A stretch of DNA of 64,000 nt from a phage: sequence record PZ452606.1. The stretch is one strand, 5' to 3'. The notes below the pieces were generated by a model that saw only the letters and a list, made by a program, of their open reading frames with translations, was not told the origin of the DNA and searched no databases. Below, one piece after another: positions 33,678-44,075 of the stretch. The translations under genes and the position numbers were made by a program. How positions within the stretch are numbered: the stretch's first letter is position 1; each line of letters begins with the position of its first letter.

Positions 33678-35002
33678 TTGATTTCCTCTAAATCTTTGGT
33701 GTATTCTGTAACTACATCAGTAGTTTTCCAATATTCGTTTTCTTCTTTTTTAGCTTTAGCTTCTTCAGCAAGTTTCTTTGCTTCATCAGAAGTCATATGA
33801 AAAATATTCATTCCAACTAGTTTATCAACATAAGAAGAATACATCTCAATTTTAGAAAGTTCTTCGGTCAGTTCTTTACGAGTTTTACCCTGTACAACAA
33901 TTTCACCTGAAATTACTTTCTTAATGAAATGCGCCTTGGCAAAGGCTAAACGAAAAGCTGATTCAGTTTCTTTGATTTTGTTATCAATTCGTTTTTGGAC
34001 ATAAGTTTTACGAACTTCAACAAAGTCTTTAATTAAATCGACTACGTTATCGTAAACTTGTAGTTTTCCTTTCTCATTAATAACCGTAATATTCTGAGAA
34101 CGACGCTCAATCAACCCGAAGTCTTTCATAATTTTTGCATGGCGTTCTTCTTCATTATCGCTCAAAGAATATTCTTTACGGAATTTAACTTTAAAGCCAA
34201 AACCATGCTCACCACAAGCATCATCCCATGTAATGAAGCCTTTATCTTCAAGTGGGTCTAAGATTTTACTCACATAAGTTTCACGATCATACTTATACGG
34301 AATCTCAGTGATATGCATTTGAGTTCGTGAAGTAAACTTATATGTTCCACGAATTTCATATTGCCCATCAATTTCAACGACTTCACCACGAAATTCTGGG
34401 AATTCTACCTTCGGTTTAGTTACTTTCTTTCCTTGAAGAGCTTGCAGTACAGCTTTCTTGACAGAAGAAACACTATGAGGAAGAATGTAAGTTGCATAAC
34501 CAGTTGCAATACCGGAAACGCCATTAAGAAGAACAGTAGGAATAATAGGCAAATAGAAAGCAGGCGGAATGTGTTCTTTATCTTGATGTACCGGAGCATA
34601 TTCAGTATCTTTATATACGTTATAGAAATTTTTACTTACACGAGCAAAAATATAACGACTTGCTGCTGCTTTTTGGACGGTACGAGAACCAAAGTTTCCT
34701 TGACCATCTAACAGAGGAAAATTATTATTCCAAGTGTTAGCCATCAAAGCACCTGCATCTTGTGCAGAGTTTTCACCATGATGATATCCAAGGTCAGCTA
34801 CACCACCTGCAATAGAAGCAAGTTTGTGAAACTTATCTTTATTTCCTCGTGCCAAATCAAGAGCTCGAGCAATAACAAATCGTTGGACTGGCTTAAATCC
34901 GTCAATCATATTTGGGATAGCACGATTTTCAACCGTGTACATAGCATAAGCCAATGCTTCATTATCAATGATACTTTTTAAATCGCGATTATTCAGTTGC
35001 AT
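33674..35002 (-). CDS. 52: topoisomerase II medium subunit gp52
   Basis: 442 aa; GyrA-like; T4 gp52 length. Confidence 0.9.
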   Translation of the reverse strand: MQLNNRDLKSIIDNEALAYAMYTVENRAIPNMIDGFKPVQRFVIARALDLARGNKDKFHKLASIAGGVADLGYHHGENSAQDAGALMANTWNNNFPLLDGQGNFGSRTVQKAAASRYIFARVSKNFYNVYKDTEYAPVHQDKEHIPPAFYLPIIPTVLLNGVSGIATGYATYILPHSVSSVKKAVLQALQGKKVTKPKVEFPEFRGEVVEIDGQYEIRGTYKFTSRTQMHITEIPYKYDRETYVSKILDPLEDKGFITWDDACGEHGFGFKVKFRKEYSLSDNEEERHAKIMKDFGLIERRSQNITVINEKGKLQVYDNVVDLIKDFVEVRKTYVQKRIDNKIKETESAFRLAFAKAHFIKKVISGEIVVQGKTRKELTEELSKIEMYSSYVDKLVGMNIFHMTSDEAKKLAEEAKAKKEENEYWKTTDVVTEYTKDLEEIK

Positions 35003-35006
35003 AAAT

Positions 35007-35147
35007 TTACCATACTAGTGAATGTAGTGCCATAATAACATCAGAAATGAAAAGCACGACTTGAATTAATCCGAACATTATTCCGTAATATAACGCTACC
35101 AATAAAGTAGCAAGGGCTAGTGAATAGCCCAAGATTTTCTTAATCAT
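35007..35147 (-). CDS. small hydrophobic membrane protein
   Basis: 46 aa ORF read by eye; ATG overlaps ac stop. Confidence 0.4.
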   Translation of the reverse strand: MIKKILGYSLALATLLVALYYGIMFGLIQVVLFISDVIMALHSLVW

Positions 35148-35298
35148 TAGTAGATAACAACACAAATGTTAAATATGCACACATACCCTGGGCTAAAGCT
35201 TGTGAAAACACACTGCTGGCATCAATACAGATAGTTAAAACACATGCTACTATCCAACAAATAAATGAAATAACTCCTAATAATTTTGCGATATTCAT
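35140..35298 (-). CDS. ac: small membrane protein, Ac-like (acridine sensitivity)
   Basis: 52 aa hydrophobic ORF between 52 and stp as in T4. Confidence 0.5.
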   Translation of the reverse strand: MNIAKLLGVISFICWIVACVLTICIDASSVFSQALAQGMCAYLTFVLLSTND

Positions 35299-35305
35299 AT
35301 TTTCC

Positions 35306-35386
35306 TCACTGGCGTCCGAAGACGCCTTTAGTTTTAAGATTGTTACGATAAAACTGCATCACATGTTCGTTATGGAAATTACTCAT
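35306..35386 (-). CDS. stp: Stp peptide (activator of host PrrC anticodon nuclease)
   Basis: 26 aa [26 protein letters not shown], matches T4 Stp from memory; ATG overlaps ndd stop. Confidence 0.8.
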
Positions 35387-35829
35387 TAATATGCCTGCAA
35401 AACAAATTTAAAGTTATCAGCCAACATACGGTTCATTTCTTCAAGTGTTTGATACTCAGAATGATGATTACGAGTAAACGCTAAAGCTAACTGACCTTTT
35501 CCAAATCCCGTCGTCAGAGGTTTCATCTTAGAAGCAGGCAGATAAAACACCGTGTATACCATATTGTTATTTGCAATAGTACGCGCAAGTTGAGACCGTC
35601 GTTGACGAATATGACTTAAAACCGCGCTGAATCCTTGCTTAGAACGCTGATTACCTACATAAAATCGTGCAGATACACATGAACCATCGAATTCACTTAC
35701 TAAAAAGTAAAATCCAGGTTTAGACAAAATGTCTTTGTGCGGAGTTCCCAAAAACCACTCACCGCCCTTGATTGTACCAATAACAGTAGCGCCTGCGTTG
35801 TTCAGATCAGTAACAGCCATATATTTCAT
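35386..35829 (-). CDS. ndd: nucleoid disruption protein Ndd
   Basis: ATG at 35829 ([13 protein letters not shown]) with GAGGAAA SD. Confidence 0.85.
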
Positions 35830-35889
35830 TTTAATTTCCTCTAAATTATTTTCTACTCCAAGGCCGCATGAATACATACGGCCGATAAA

Positions 35890-36105
35890 TTAATCGTCGC
35901 AGTCGACGCTCAATTCCCAAAACTCTTCTACAGTATAAGTTTCAGTATCATTTTCAATACAGAAACGTTCATTACTATTATTTGCTAAAGTAGCATTAAC
36001 TGTCGGTTTCTCGCTAGTGCTCTTAAGAGGTGAAATACGAATTAACTGATCACCATTATCTAAACAGAAAATTTCACCAACTTTTACATCTTTAAAACTT
36101 TTCAT
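35890..36105 (-). CDS. hypothetical protein
   Basis: 71 aa acidic ORF. Confidence 0.5.
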   Translation of the reverse strand: MKSFKDVKVGEIFCLDNGDQLIRISPLKSTSEKPTVNATLANNSNERFCIENDTETYTVEEFWELSVDCDD

Positions 36106-36220
36106 AATTCACCTCAAGGAGTATAAAATCCAAATGCAGTTGTTGACCATCCCATCCAATATGGGAAATTTGCACCAATGTAAAACATGAGAATATAAAA
36201 CCAACCACTCAGCAAATTCA

Positions 36221-36439
36221 TCATTTTACACCATTCCAAATTGTTTCAACCACAGATTTTAAACCATTTTGATGAATATCCATTCCGACTACCGCCATCA
36301 AATAGATTCCAACTACAACTGAACCTAAAGCAAAAATCAGCATGAAAATGAATAAAGCCGGAAAAATATTATCGAAAAACCATTCAATAAATGTAAAAGC
36401 ACTGCGTTTACGCTTCATATTTTCCTCACATAAATCCAA
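36221..36439 (-). CDS. hypothetical membrane protein
   Basis: 72 aa with hydrophobic stretch; start uncertain. Confidence 0.4.
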   Translation of the reverse strand: MDLCEENMKRKRSAFTFIEWFFDNIFPALFIFMLIFALGSVVVGIYLMAVVGMDIHQNGLKSVVETIWNGVK

Positions 36440-36539
36440 AGTAAACGTTTAATACATCAATCATTAAAACGATTGGGAATATACTCAAAACTATTAGTAT
36501 TATAACTACATTCCATATAGCTTTAATAATCTTTTTCAT
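36426..36539 (-). CDS. small hydrophobic peptide
   Basis: ATG at 36539 with GGAGGAA SD downstream of an early promoter. Confidence 0.4.
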   Translation of the reverse strand: MKKIIKAIWNVVIILIVLSIFPIVLMIDVLNVYFGFM

Positions 36540-36567
36540 TTTCTGTTCCTCCGTAGTTGATAGGGTA

Positions 36568-36596
36568 ATAGTACCACGGAAGAACAGTCTTGTAAA
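36568..36596 (-). promoter_or_regulatory. early (sigma70) promoter
   Basis: TTTACA-17-TACTAT. Confidence 0.5.
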
Positions 36597-36782
36597 CAAC
36601 TTTTTTAAAAATATTCGTAATAAATGTGAATACCAACTACTACCGCTGAAACCTGTGCAACCCACCACGCACAAGCAATAAGTACAGAATTCAAAATTTT
36701 CATAATAACCTCATCACAAAAGTAAATGTTAAACAAATTACTGGAATACTAATTAACCAAACAAAACACCACCATAATGAAC

Positions 36783-37046
36783 TCATAGTTCAATCTCAGC
36801 GATTTTCATTTTATTACTATTAATAGCCTCTTTAAGACTATCTGAAAGAATTACATTCCAGTGGTCATTCATATGACCATTAACTAAGCGTGTAATTTCT
36901 TCAGGAGTTGAAAAATAAGGCTGATCAGACTCCCAATGCGATAATCCTAAGCGAGTATAAATCATGCCTTCATCATCGCTAGAATATTCAACTGACACAA
37001 ACTCATCAGTTATTTTATGTTTAGCGTAATAAAATTTAAATTTCAT
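36783..37046 (-). CDS. hypothetical protein
   Basis: ATG at 37046 with GGAGAA SD downstream of an early promoter. Confidence 0.5.
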   Translation of the reverse strand: MKFKFYYAKHKITDEFVSVEYSSDDEGMIYTRLGLSHWESDQPYFSTPEEITRLVNGHMNDHWNVILSDSLKEAINSNKMKIAEIEL

Positions 37047-37062
37047 TTTATTCTCCAAATCC

Positions 37063-37093
37063 GTATCAGTAGTTGATAGTTGTATAGTACCAC
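37063..37093. repeat. 31-nt early promoter/leader cassette, copy 2
   Basis: identical to 33421-33451. Confidence 0.8.
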
Positions 37094-37112
37094 GGTCCTT
37101 GTGGTACGTAAA
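37084..37112 (-). promoter_or_regulatory. early (sigma70) promoter
   Basis: TTTACG-17-TACTAT. Confidence 0.5.
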
Positions 37113-37129
37113 CTGTTTTGTGAAATTTT

Positions 37130-37687
37130 TTAAATGGAAAGATACCATCCGTTGTAGTTGCTTTTTCTTACAACCCTACGAAGGTCTTCTCTGTCACCGA
37201 TGAACTTCGGAGTGTACTGGATGACACCTGGATGAATTTCTTTAGTGTTGAATATAATTATACAGTCAGCGACTTGATGATTTAGAATGGGCCCTAGATT
37301 TATTCCAGAACCATATGGATACTCTCCGCTGCATCCTGTTGTTACCGAAATCCAACGTGAGTCAGTTTGATGTGTCTTAACTTCTACGCGAAGCCCACAG
37401 TATTTTGGATGCGCCAATACATCCCATGCATATGTGTACGGATCATCGACATCTTCTTGACCTTTATTAACATACCCGCTTAGCCAATCTGCCACAAAAA
37501 ACTCTGCGTACACAGCGATACGGCATCTTTCGATAACTTCTGCCTTATCCTGATTTGGGTTCTGTTTTAAAGAGTATCTTGCAGTATCAGCAATTTTGAC
37601 CTTCATTTCATTGGTTAAATCGCTGTTCGATAGAGTAAATGTTGGAATCTGAAATAGTCTCTGCAAACCCGGATTCGTTTTCTGCAT
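37130..37687 (-). CDS. denB: endonuclease IV
   Basis: 185 aa ORF next to rIIB, T4 DenB length and position. Confidence 0.7.
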   Translation of the reverse strand: MQKTNPGLQRLFQIPTFTLSNSDLTNEMKVKIADTARYSLKQNPNQDKAEVIERCRIAVYAEFFVADWLSGYVNKGQEDVDDPYTYAWDVLAHPKYCGLRVEVKTHQTDSRWISVTTGCSGEYPYGSGINLGPILNHQVADCIIIFNTKEIHPGVIQYTPKFIGDREDLRRVVRKSNYNGWYLSI

Positions 37688-37724
37688 TTAAACTTTCCTT
37701 TATGTCGGAATCATAATTTCTCTT

Positions 37725-37745
37725 AAAACAAAAGGGCCGAAGCCC
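37725..37745 (-). terminator. terminator-like hairpin
   Basis: GGGC-TTCG-GCCC then TTTTGTTTT. Confidence 0.45.
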
Positions 37746-37750
37746 TTATT

Positions 37751-37945
37751 TTATTTGAATTGTGCGATTCTTTTCTCTAGACACTCAGCATAAGATTTCA
37801 TTGAGATGAACTGTGAAAGTAGAAGTTCTTGCTCAACTGCACTAACTGTTAGAAACTTTGTGCTTTCTAAAAATTTGCTCAGTGCATTAATTTTGAGCAT
37901 TAATTGATCGTATTCTTCTTTTACTCGTGCTTGATAACCTAACAT
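37751..37945 (-). CDS. hypothetical protein
   Basis: 64 aa ORF flanked by GC hairpins. Confidence 0.5.
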   Translation of the reverse strand: MLGYQARVKEEYDQLMLKINALSKFLESTKFLTVSAVEQELLLSQFISMKSYAECLEKRIAQFK

Positions 37946-37973
37946 AATTTTCCTTAGTTAAGGGCCAAAGCCC

Positions 37974-38912
37974 TTATTTAAATTGTTCAGTAACGTCTTC
38001 AACTACTTCGTATTGGCAGGTACGCATTTTAGCATCGTTGTAATCAATCGGAATTGATACTACATCACGTGGATGTACTTTAACTTTTACAACTCGGCTG
38101 GTTGAACTGCCAAAGTGACGAATATAAGATTTAGAACACACATGCAGACCACGAGAACAAGTTTGTGTATCATCGTCATTCACACGAGTACGCGGCATTT
38201 TAACTACTTTACCAGGACTGTTATCAAAGGTGTTTGAGTGACAGTCAAAGTAGTTGTCACGAACTACTTTCCAAGCATAGAAGTAACCATCTTCTGTAAT
38301 TTCAATATCGTTTGCTACCAAGAAATCAAAGAGTCGAGATACCGCTTTCTGGCTTGGGTTTTCCAGCAGATTTTCCAAGAACGGAAAATAAAATTCAAAG
38401 TTTTCACCTTTTTCCATCGAATCGAGAATACGATCAACTAAACCAGACCGTAATTCGATATTTTGATAGAACAAGCTTCCGCCTTCAATTCGAACATCGC
38501 CGGAAATATATTTTTCAACAGCGCGACGAACATTAATTTTTTGTGCCGCTTCTTCCAACTTATCTGCTACGAGCAGATTAAGAATTTCCTGGAAGTTTGA
38601 ATGAGTATTAGGAGTTGCGTTATAAGTTACACCGTCAACAGTAATCGAAATGAATTTTTTAGATGCATTCCAAATAATGTCAGATTTAGCAACTGGAGCA
38701 ATAACTGCATCGCTATTAACTTTAACTGTAATATCACCGCTAATAGTAACTTTAGAGCGTTTAGCTTCTTCAGCATTTTTCAAAACACGACGAATTGTGT
38801 CAACCGATACACCTTGCCAATCAGCCAATTCCTGTTGGGTGTAATTACCACTTGAATACAGTTTAACAATTTCAGCTTGTTCGTTTTTGGTCAGGCATTT
38901 AATATTGTACAT
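37974..38912 (-). CDS. rIIB: rIIB protein
   Basis: 312 aa; matches T4 rIIB from memory. Confidence 0.95.
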   Translation of the reverse strand: MYNIKCLTKNEQAEIVKLYSSGNYTQQELADWQGVSVDTIRRVLKNAEEAKRSKVTISGDITVKVNSDAVIAPVAKSDIIWNASKKFISITVDGVTYNATPNTHSNFQEILNLLVADKLEEAAQKINVRRAVEKYISGDVRIEGGSLFYQNIELRSGLVDRILDSMEKGENFEFYFPFLENLLENPSQKAVSRLFDFLVANDIEITEDGYFYAWKVVRDNYFDCHSNTFDNSPGKVVKMPRTRVNDDDTQTCSRGLHVCSKSYIRHFGSSTSRVVKVKVHPRDVVSIPIDYNDAKMRTCQYEVVEDVTEQFK

Positions 38913-38923
38913 AATTTTCCTTA

Positions 38924-41101
38924 TTAAGCCGCAAGGGCCTTCATAGTTTTAGCGATTTGGGAAACTTCATCATCACTTAAAGAGTTGCGATAACCGATGA
39001 AGTCGGAAACAATACGGAATTTCTTGGTAAACTCAGCAACCATTTTATCACTGTTTTTTGAAGCATTATTTGATAATACATCAAAAAGATTAGTTACTGT
39101 CCAGATGTCATGACCGATGGTATCTTTTCCACCATTAAAATATACACCGCGCAATGAACTAACTATATTAGCGAGTCGTGTATATTCTTCAGAAACTTCA
39201 TCTGTACTGAAGTACTTCATCATAAAATCTAGTTCAGGATACTTGATAATTTTATCAATATATCGTTGAGCTGAACTTGAATAACCTACATACTTATCAT
39301 AATCTACATCATCAAAAGCATCTACATATAAATCACGCAAAGCTTCAAAAATACATTGGCACTGACCGAGTTCTTTTACCTTTTTCTGTAAAAGCGGACG
39401 AATAACATAAAATTCATTAATGCCAATAAGATTAGCCATACGAATCAAAATATTCATAGATGGATGACAAAGTGATGTAGTACCATCCATAGAGAAAATA
39501 TCAGAACGATGCATATACGCTACATAACCAGTAATTTCATCTGCTTCTGACGTAAGTGTAAATAGTTCCTCTTTTTCCCAGCGCCCGTCTTTAATTTCAA
39601 ACTTAAATGCTGTAGCAGCTTTAGGACGAGGAGCTTTACTTTTAACTACCTTTGGAATATAACTTTTTACTAAAGCTTCAATTTCTGACAAATAATGAAT
39701 GTTAACTTCATCACTTTCAAACATCGCCATAATATCAGGAAGTAAATCAATCTGCGATTCTATTTCTGGGTTAATAAACAAAAGGCGTTCGTTATGATGA
39801 ATATTCAAAGTGTTATTAAATTCACTATCATCTAACGCACGTGCTAATCCACGAACAATATTAACACGATTTTTAATATTATCAATAACGATATTAATTT
39901 TTGTTGTATTAATACCAAACAGACGATAACTTGATGCAACGGCTGAAGTTTCATGACTTTGCTTAATGCGTTTCAGTCGAGGGTCAAGATTTACTTCATA
40001 CACAACTCCTGCATTGCATAACTTACTATCAGGTTCAAACATGCTTTGCATCTTCTTATATGACAGATTTTTAGTCGTAAATTTAACTGAATTACTAATC
40101 ATATAATCTCGAGCAGAATACCCCATCTTCATCAATTCACGATATGTATGACGGGGAGATGTAGATTCTTTAAATCGTTTTACATCTTCATTAAATGCTT
40201 TCTCACTGAGTTCTTTAACTCGTTCAATAATATTTTTACGAGTACGATCATCCAGTGAAAGAGCCTCGCGAGATGGAGCAATATCAAGTGAACCCATTGG
40301 AAACTTAATGTAATTCACTTCATTGCGAATGCTTAGCCAGTTACGGTCTCTAATAACACCATCGATAGGATAAACAATACCGCCATAGATAGCATATAAT
40401 CCACCACGATCAGGCCAGTATCTTTCTGGATTTACACCATAATAATCATCAAAATCAGGAAAATAATCAATTTCGCGGTCAAGACCATTAATGATAGCCA
40501 AATCTTTGAACGGTCGCATGATATAAGAAACTTCATAAGCAAAGTTTCTAAAGTCTTTTTCTTCAACTGGAACTACGATTTCAATACCAGTTTTATCATC
40601 TGGACCCATTTCTTTTACGAATGTAGGTTTAATCTGTGGGCCATCACCATCCATGTAAGCTACATAACCACGAATTTCACCTTTATGATACGAAGTAATA
40701 CTAAACGTATCAGTATAACTAAACGGAGATTTAGAACCTAAACCAAATCCGCCAATAAAGTCATTAGATTCAGCCTTAGATGAACTGAAGTATGAATTAT
40801 ACAGCCCAGGAGAATTATCATCACCCTGAATATCAAAATCACTCATACCCGGACCAAAATCTCGACAAACAAATCGTGGATCTAATCGTCCTGGAACTTG
40901 AATGATAAATTTTTCAGGATTTCCATTAAGTGCATGAGCATCAATCATGTTAGTAATCAATTCACGGACTACTGCGCGAATCTTGTTTGTATACAAATCA
41001 GATGACAGAATTTTAAATACTTTAGGATTTGCTGCGATGCTAAATGCTTTTGATTTAGAACCATTGCCAAGAATTGTTTCTTTTTCAGTGGTGATAATCA
41101 T
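38924..41101 (-). CDS. rIIA: rIIA protein
   Basis: 725 aa; GHKL-ATPase-like N-terminus; T4 rIIA length. Confidence 0.9.
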   Translation of the reverse strand: MIITTEKETILGNGSKSKAFSIAANPKVFKILSSDLYTNKIRAVVRELITNMIDAHALNGNPEKFIIQVPGRLDPRFVCRDFGPGMSDFDIQGDDNSPGLYNSYFSSSKAESNDFIGGFGLGSKSPFSYTDTFSITSYHKGEIRGYVAYMDGDGPQIKPTFVKEMGPDDKTGIEIVVPVEEKDFRNFAYEVSYIMRPFKDLAIINGLDREIDYFPDFDDYYGVNPERYWPDRGGLYAIYGGIVYPIDGVIRDRNWLSIRNEVNYIKFPMGSLDIAPSREALSLDDRTRKNIIERVKELSEKAFNEDVKRFKESTSPRHTYRELMKMGYSARDYMISNSVKFTTKNLSYKKMQSMFEPDSKLCNAGVVYEVNLDPRLKRIKQSHETSAVASSYRLFGINTTKINIVIDNIKNRVNIVRGLARALDDSEFNNTLNIHHNERLLFINPEIESQIDLLPDIMAMFESDEVNIHYLSEIEALVKSYIPKVVKSKAPRPKAATAFKFEIKDGRWEKEELFTLTSEADEITGYVAYMHRSDIFSMDGTTSLCHPSMNILIRMANLIGINEFYVIRPLLQKKVKELGQCQCIFEALRDLYVDAFDDVDYDKYVGYSSSAQRYIDKIIKYPELDFMMKYFSTDEVSEEYTRLANIVSSLRGVYFNGGKDTIGHDIWTVTNLFDVLSNNASKNSDKMVAEFTKKFRIVSDFIGYRNSLSDDEVSQIAKTMKALAA

Positions 41102-41111
41102 AATTTCCTCA

Positions 41112-41315
41112 TTAATTCATATTACGCTTAATAACTTCAGCAACTTCTAGTAGTTCATCTTTAGTTGCAGTGTCGGATTGAATTTTATCTCTAATATCTT
41201 TAAAGCGGTTTTTAAATTCTTCGGCTTCTCCCATATCGAAAAAGCGTTGAATGATTCTATATTCTCGATGAACTGCTTTATCAAAAAGTTCTAAATTTAC
41301 TCTATATGATTTCAT
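41112..41315 (-). CDS. hypothetical protein (rIIA.1 position)
   Basis: 67 aa; early promoter upstream. Confidence 0.55.
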   Translation of the reverse strand: MKSYRVNLELFDKAVHREYRIIQRFFDMGEAEEFKNRFKDIRDKIQSDTATKDELLEVAEVIKRNMN

Positions 41316-41340
41316 TTCAATATCCTCATTTGCCCAATTA

Positions 41341-41369
41341 ATTATACCACATCCTTGTGGTAAAGTAAA
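41341..41369 (-). promoter_or_regulatory. early (sigma70) promoter
   Basis: TTTACT-17-TATAAT. Confidence 0.55.
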
Positions 41370-43187
41370 CTACTGGCTCATCCATTCTTTACGAAGGTCA
41401 GCATTATCTCCCATGAGCATTTCAAAAAGCTCTTTCCAATTCTCAGGAAGTTTAACAACATCATATACTGGATTTTGAATCATCTCACGATATTCAGATT
41501 TTTCCAAAGAGCCAAGTCCCTTAATATAACGGATGCTATGTTTAGGTAGAGCATCTTTGGCACTCTCATATTCAGCGACTGTATAAAACCATTCTTGTTT
41601 TTTACCGACCTGAGCGATGATTACAGGAGTTTTGACAAAGCGAATTCGTCCTTGCTCAAACAATTCTGGCCAATTACTAAAAAATCCGAGCAGAGAAGGA
41701 TAAATGCTTCCTAGACCATCATGGTCAGCATCAGTCATAATAGCAATATTGCGATAATTCAAGTTTTCAGCTTTTTCACCAAGAACTAGACCAGTGATTG
41801 CGCAAATATCAAATAGTTCTTTGTTTTTAAGCATATCGGCATATGACATACCCCAGCTATTAAGAACTTTACCGCGCAATGGATAACCACCATGAAGTTC
41901 TTTATCGCGAACATCAATAAGATATCCGATAGCTGAATCACCCTCAGTCAAGAACAATGTAGTGTCAGCATCTTTACCGCAAAGATTCGCTTTAATATGT
42001 TTATGAACCTTAGCTTTAGAAGCCTTTTTAGCTGCTTTAGTTTCTGCTGCTTTTTCTGCCGCCAATTTACGAGCCAAAGCAGCTTCAATAATCGGCATTA
42101 GAATTGCTTCATTATTTAGAATAGCACGTGAAATCTTTTTAGCATCAAGTTGAATATGACTACGGATTTCACCAAATGGAGAAGTCAAACGCTCTTTAGT
42201 TTGAGAATCAAATCGCATGTTTTTCATATCACGAACAAACATAACGATAGTCAAACATTCTTTGACACGCGCTTTGGTTACATCAATTTTGAACTTACGT
42301 TTGATTTGTGGAATAAGGTCTTCACAAATATCATCCATAACACAGTCAATGTGATGGCCACCATTCTTAGTGTGAATGTTATTCACGTAAGTTAATTGAC
42401 GAAATCCATCCGGCGAACGACCAACCGCAATAGAACAATTTTCTTGTTCTTGAACAATAGCATGTTCATCATACTGTCGTGCATATTTCTTAAAATTGCC
42501 CTGAACCTTTTTACCATTAAAGGTAAATTGAATATCAGGATAAACAACAGCAAGTGTCTGGAGACGATCCAGTGTAATGTCAAGATAAACTTGGGACAGC
42601 TCATTAGTTTCAAATGACATAAAATCAGGAATGAAAGTAACACGAGTTCCTTTCCATTTTCCAGGAATATCTTCCCATGATTTATTTTCCATGCCATTTG
42701 AGCAACGAACTACAATATTATTTTGACCATCGCCAGTTTCACCGACAAACATCACAGAAAAAATGTTTGTCAAACTAGAACCAACACCGTTCATACCGCC
42801 AGTGACGCGTTCTTTATCATCACCGAAGTTACCACCTGCTTTTGGAATAGTCCACGCAGCAACTGGACCAGGAATTTCTTCACCGGTAGGTGTTTTAACC
42901 ATCGCCTGTGGAATACCACGACCGTTATCTTCAACTGTTACTTGATTGTTTTTAATAGTAACATTAATTTTATTTGCGAATTTAAACTTAGTACGAATAC
43001 CTTCATCGACTGAGTTATCGATAATTTCATCAATAAGCTTAACAAGACCAGGTACATACTGAACACTTTCCCATTTACCAAACAGAAAGCGCTCATGCAT
43101 TTCATTAGCAGAAGAGCCAATATACATGCCGCTACGCTTTTTGATATGTTCAATATCGCTCAGAATTTTAATTTCATTCTTAATCAT
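41370..43187 (-). CDS. 39: topoisomerase II large subunit gp39, uninterrupted
   Basis: 605 aa from ATG at 43187 (track starts at GTG 43190); GHKL ATPase plus Toprim in one ORF; GAGGA SD. Confidence 0.9.
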   Translation of the reverse strand: MIKNEIKILSDIEHIKKRSGMYIGSSANEMHERFLFGKWESVQYVPGLVKLIDEIIDNSVDEGIRTKFKFANKINVTIKNNQVTVEDNGRGIPQAMVKTPTGEEIPGPVAAWTIPKAGGNFGDDKERVTGGMNGVGSSLTNIFSVMFVGETGDGQNNIVVRCSNGMENKSWEDIPGKWKGTRVTFIPDFMSFETNELSQVYLDITLDRLQTLAVVYPDIQFTFNGKKVQGNFKKYARQYDEHAIVQEQENCSIAVGRSPDGFRQLTYVNNIHTKNGGHHIDCVMDDICEDLIPQIKRKFKIDVTKARVKECLTIVMFVRDMKNMRFDSQTKERLTSPFGEIRSHIQLDAKKISRAILNNEAILMPIIEAALARKLAAEKAAETKAAKKASKAKVHKHIKANLCGKDADTTLFLTEGDSAIGYLIDVRDKELHGGYPLRGKVLNSWGMSYADMLKNKELFDICAITGLVLGEKAENLNYRNIAIMTDADHDGLGSIYPSLLGFFSNWPELFEQGRIRFVKTPVIIAQVGKKQEWFYTVAEYESAKDALPKHSIRYIKGLGSLEKSEYREMIQNPVYDVVKLPENWKELFEMLMGDNADLRKEWMSQ

Positions 43188-43214
43188 CACTTATCCTCGT
43201 TTGGTTTCGGGAAT

Positions 43215-43239
43215 ATTATACTCCGGTAATCATAAAGCT
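43215..43239 (-). promoter_or_regulatory. candidate middle promoter upstream of gene 39
   Basis: AGCTTTA (MotA-box-like, one mismatch), 12 nt, TATAAT. Confidence 0.35.
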
Positions 43240-43240
43240 A

Positions 43241-43256
43241 AAGGCCCGAAGGCCTT
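43241..43256 (-). terminator. UUCG hairpin after the lipoprotein gene
   Basis: AAGGCC-TTCG-GGCCTT then T-rich. Confidence 0.45.
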
Positions 43257-43526
43257 TTATTTAAAACGAATAGTTGAATCCTTAAAGAACAGCCCAGAAC
43301 ATACTGTTCCTTCTACTTTCTGCCCAGTAGGTCCAATAGCACGAAATCCAGTATGTTGGAAATCATTTTCAGAACAACCAAACCAATTATATCCAGTGAT
43401 TTCAATATTAGTAAAACCACTTGAAGATAAAACTTTGGTTGCATTATCAGCATCAGTACATCCTGCTAAAGACACTGCTAATACTAATGCCGCGATAGAA
43501 CGATTAATATATTTCATAATTTTCAC
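43257..43526 (-). CDS. putative lipoprotein
   Basis: Signal peptide with lipobox LAGC. Confidence 0.55.
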   Translation of the reverse strand: MKIMKYINRSIAALVLAVSLAGCTDADNATKVLSSSGFTNIEITGYNWFGCSENDFQHTGFRAIGPTGQKVEGTVCSGLFFKDSTIRFK

Positions 43527-43894
43527 TCAAATTTAATGGCTTGAAGAAGACTAATAATTCTCAAGCGACTTCTTTCATCTTTAACTGTAAAAGAAAGAGG
43601 GTCACCAGATTTCATAGTAATAGTACATTCAAAATCAAAATCTTCTGTGACTTCTTCGAAGAAGTCAAATTCTTCATCATAAATTAGAACATTACTCTGA
43701 CAACTATGAAGAATTTTTCCATCATTTCCAGATGCTGTACTAATCATTGTAACATTATGACCTTTCATATCTTCAACGATAAATTCACTAGTCAATATTA
43801 CGGCATTAATAGAACTATTCCTATTACTAGCAGAAAGTAGATATTTCTGTTCTTCACCTTCACGAATACGATATTTCTTACCGATTTTAAACAT
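43523..43894 (-). CDS. hypothetical protein
   Basis: 123 aa; 4-nt overlap with lipoprotein gene. Confidence 0.5.
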   Translation of the reverse strand: MFKIGKKYRIREGEEQKYLLSASNRNSSINAVILTSEFIVEDMKGHNVTMISTASGNDGKILHSCQSNVLIYDEEFDFFEEVTEDFDFECTITMKSGDPLSFTVKDERSRLRIISLLQAIKFE

Positions 43895-43896
43895 AA

Positions 43897-44073
43897 TTAC
43901 CCTTTAAGTAAGTCGTAAAATCCACCATTCACATGCTTAGGAGCAGAAGGCCGACGAATAGACAGACGATGACATTTAGGGCAAACATCATTTTCTCGTT
44001 CAGAAATCTTTTTAATTTTTTCATATTCATGCCCGCAATCTTCGGATTGGCATTTATAATCATACATTGGCAT
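43897..44073 (-). CDS. small zinc-ribbon protein (FmdB-like)
   Basis: 58 aa read by eye: MPMYDYKCQSEDCGH...CPKCH; AAGGA SD inside goF 3' end. Confidence 0.45.
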   Translation of the reverse strand: MPMYDYKCQSEDCGHEYEKIKKISERENDVCPKCHRLSIRRPSAPKHVNGGFYDLLKG

Positions 44074-44075
44074 AA

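Noticed and set aside
41101-41370. Looked for the gene 60 translational bypass and mobA next to the topoisomerase gene
   Set aside because: Gene 39 is one continuous 605-aa ORF and the interval holds only a 67-aa ORF and an early promoter.
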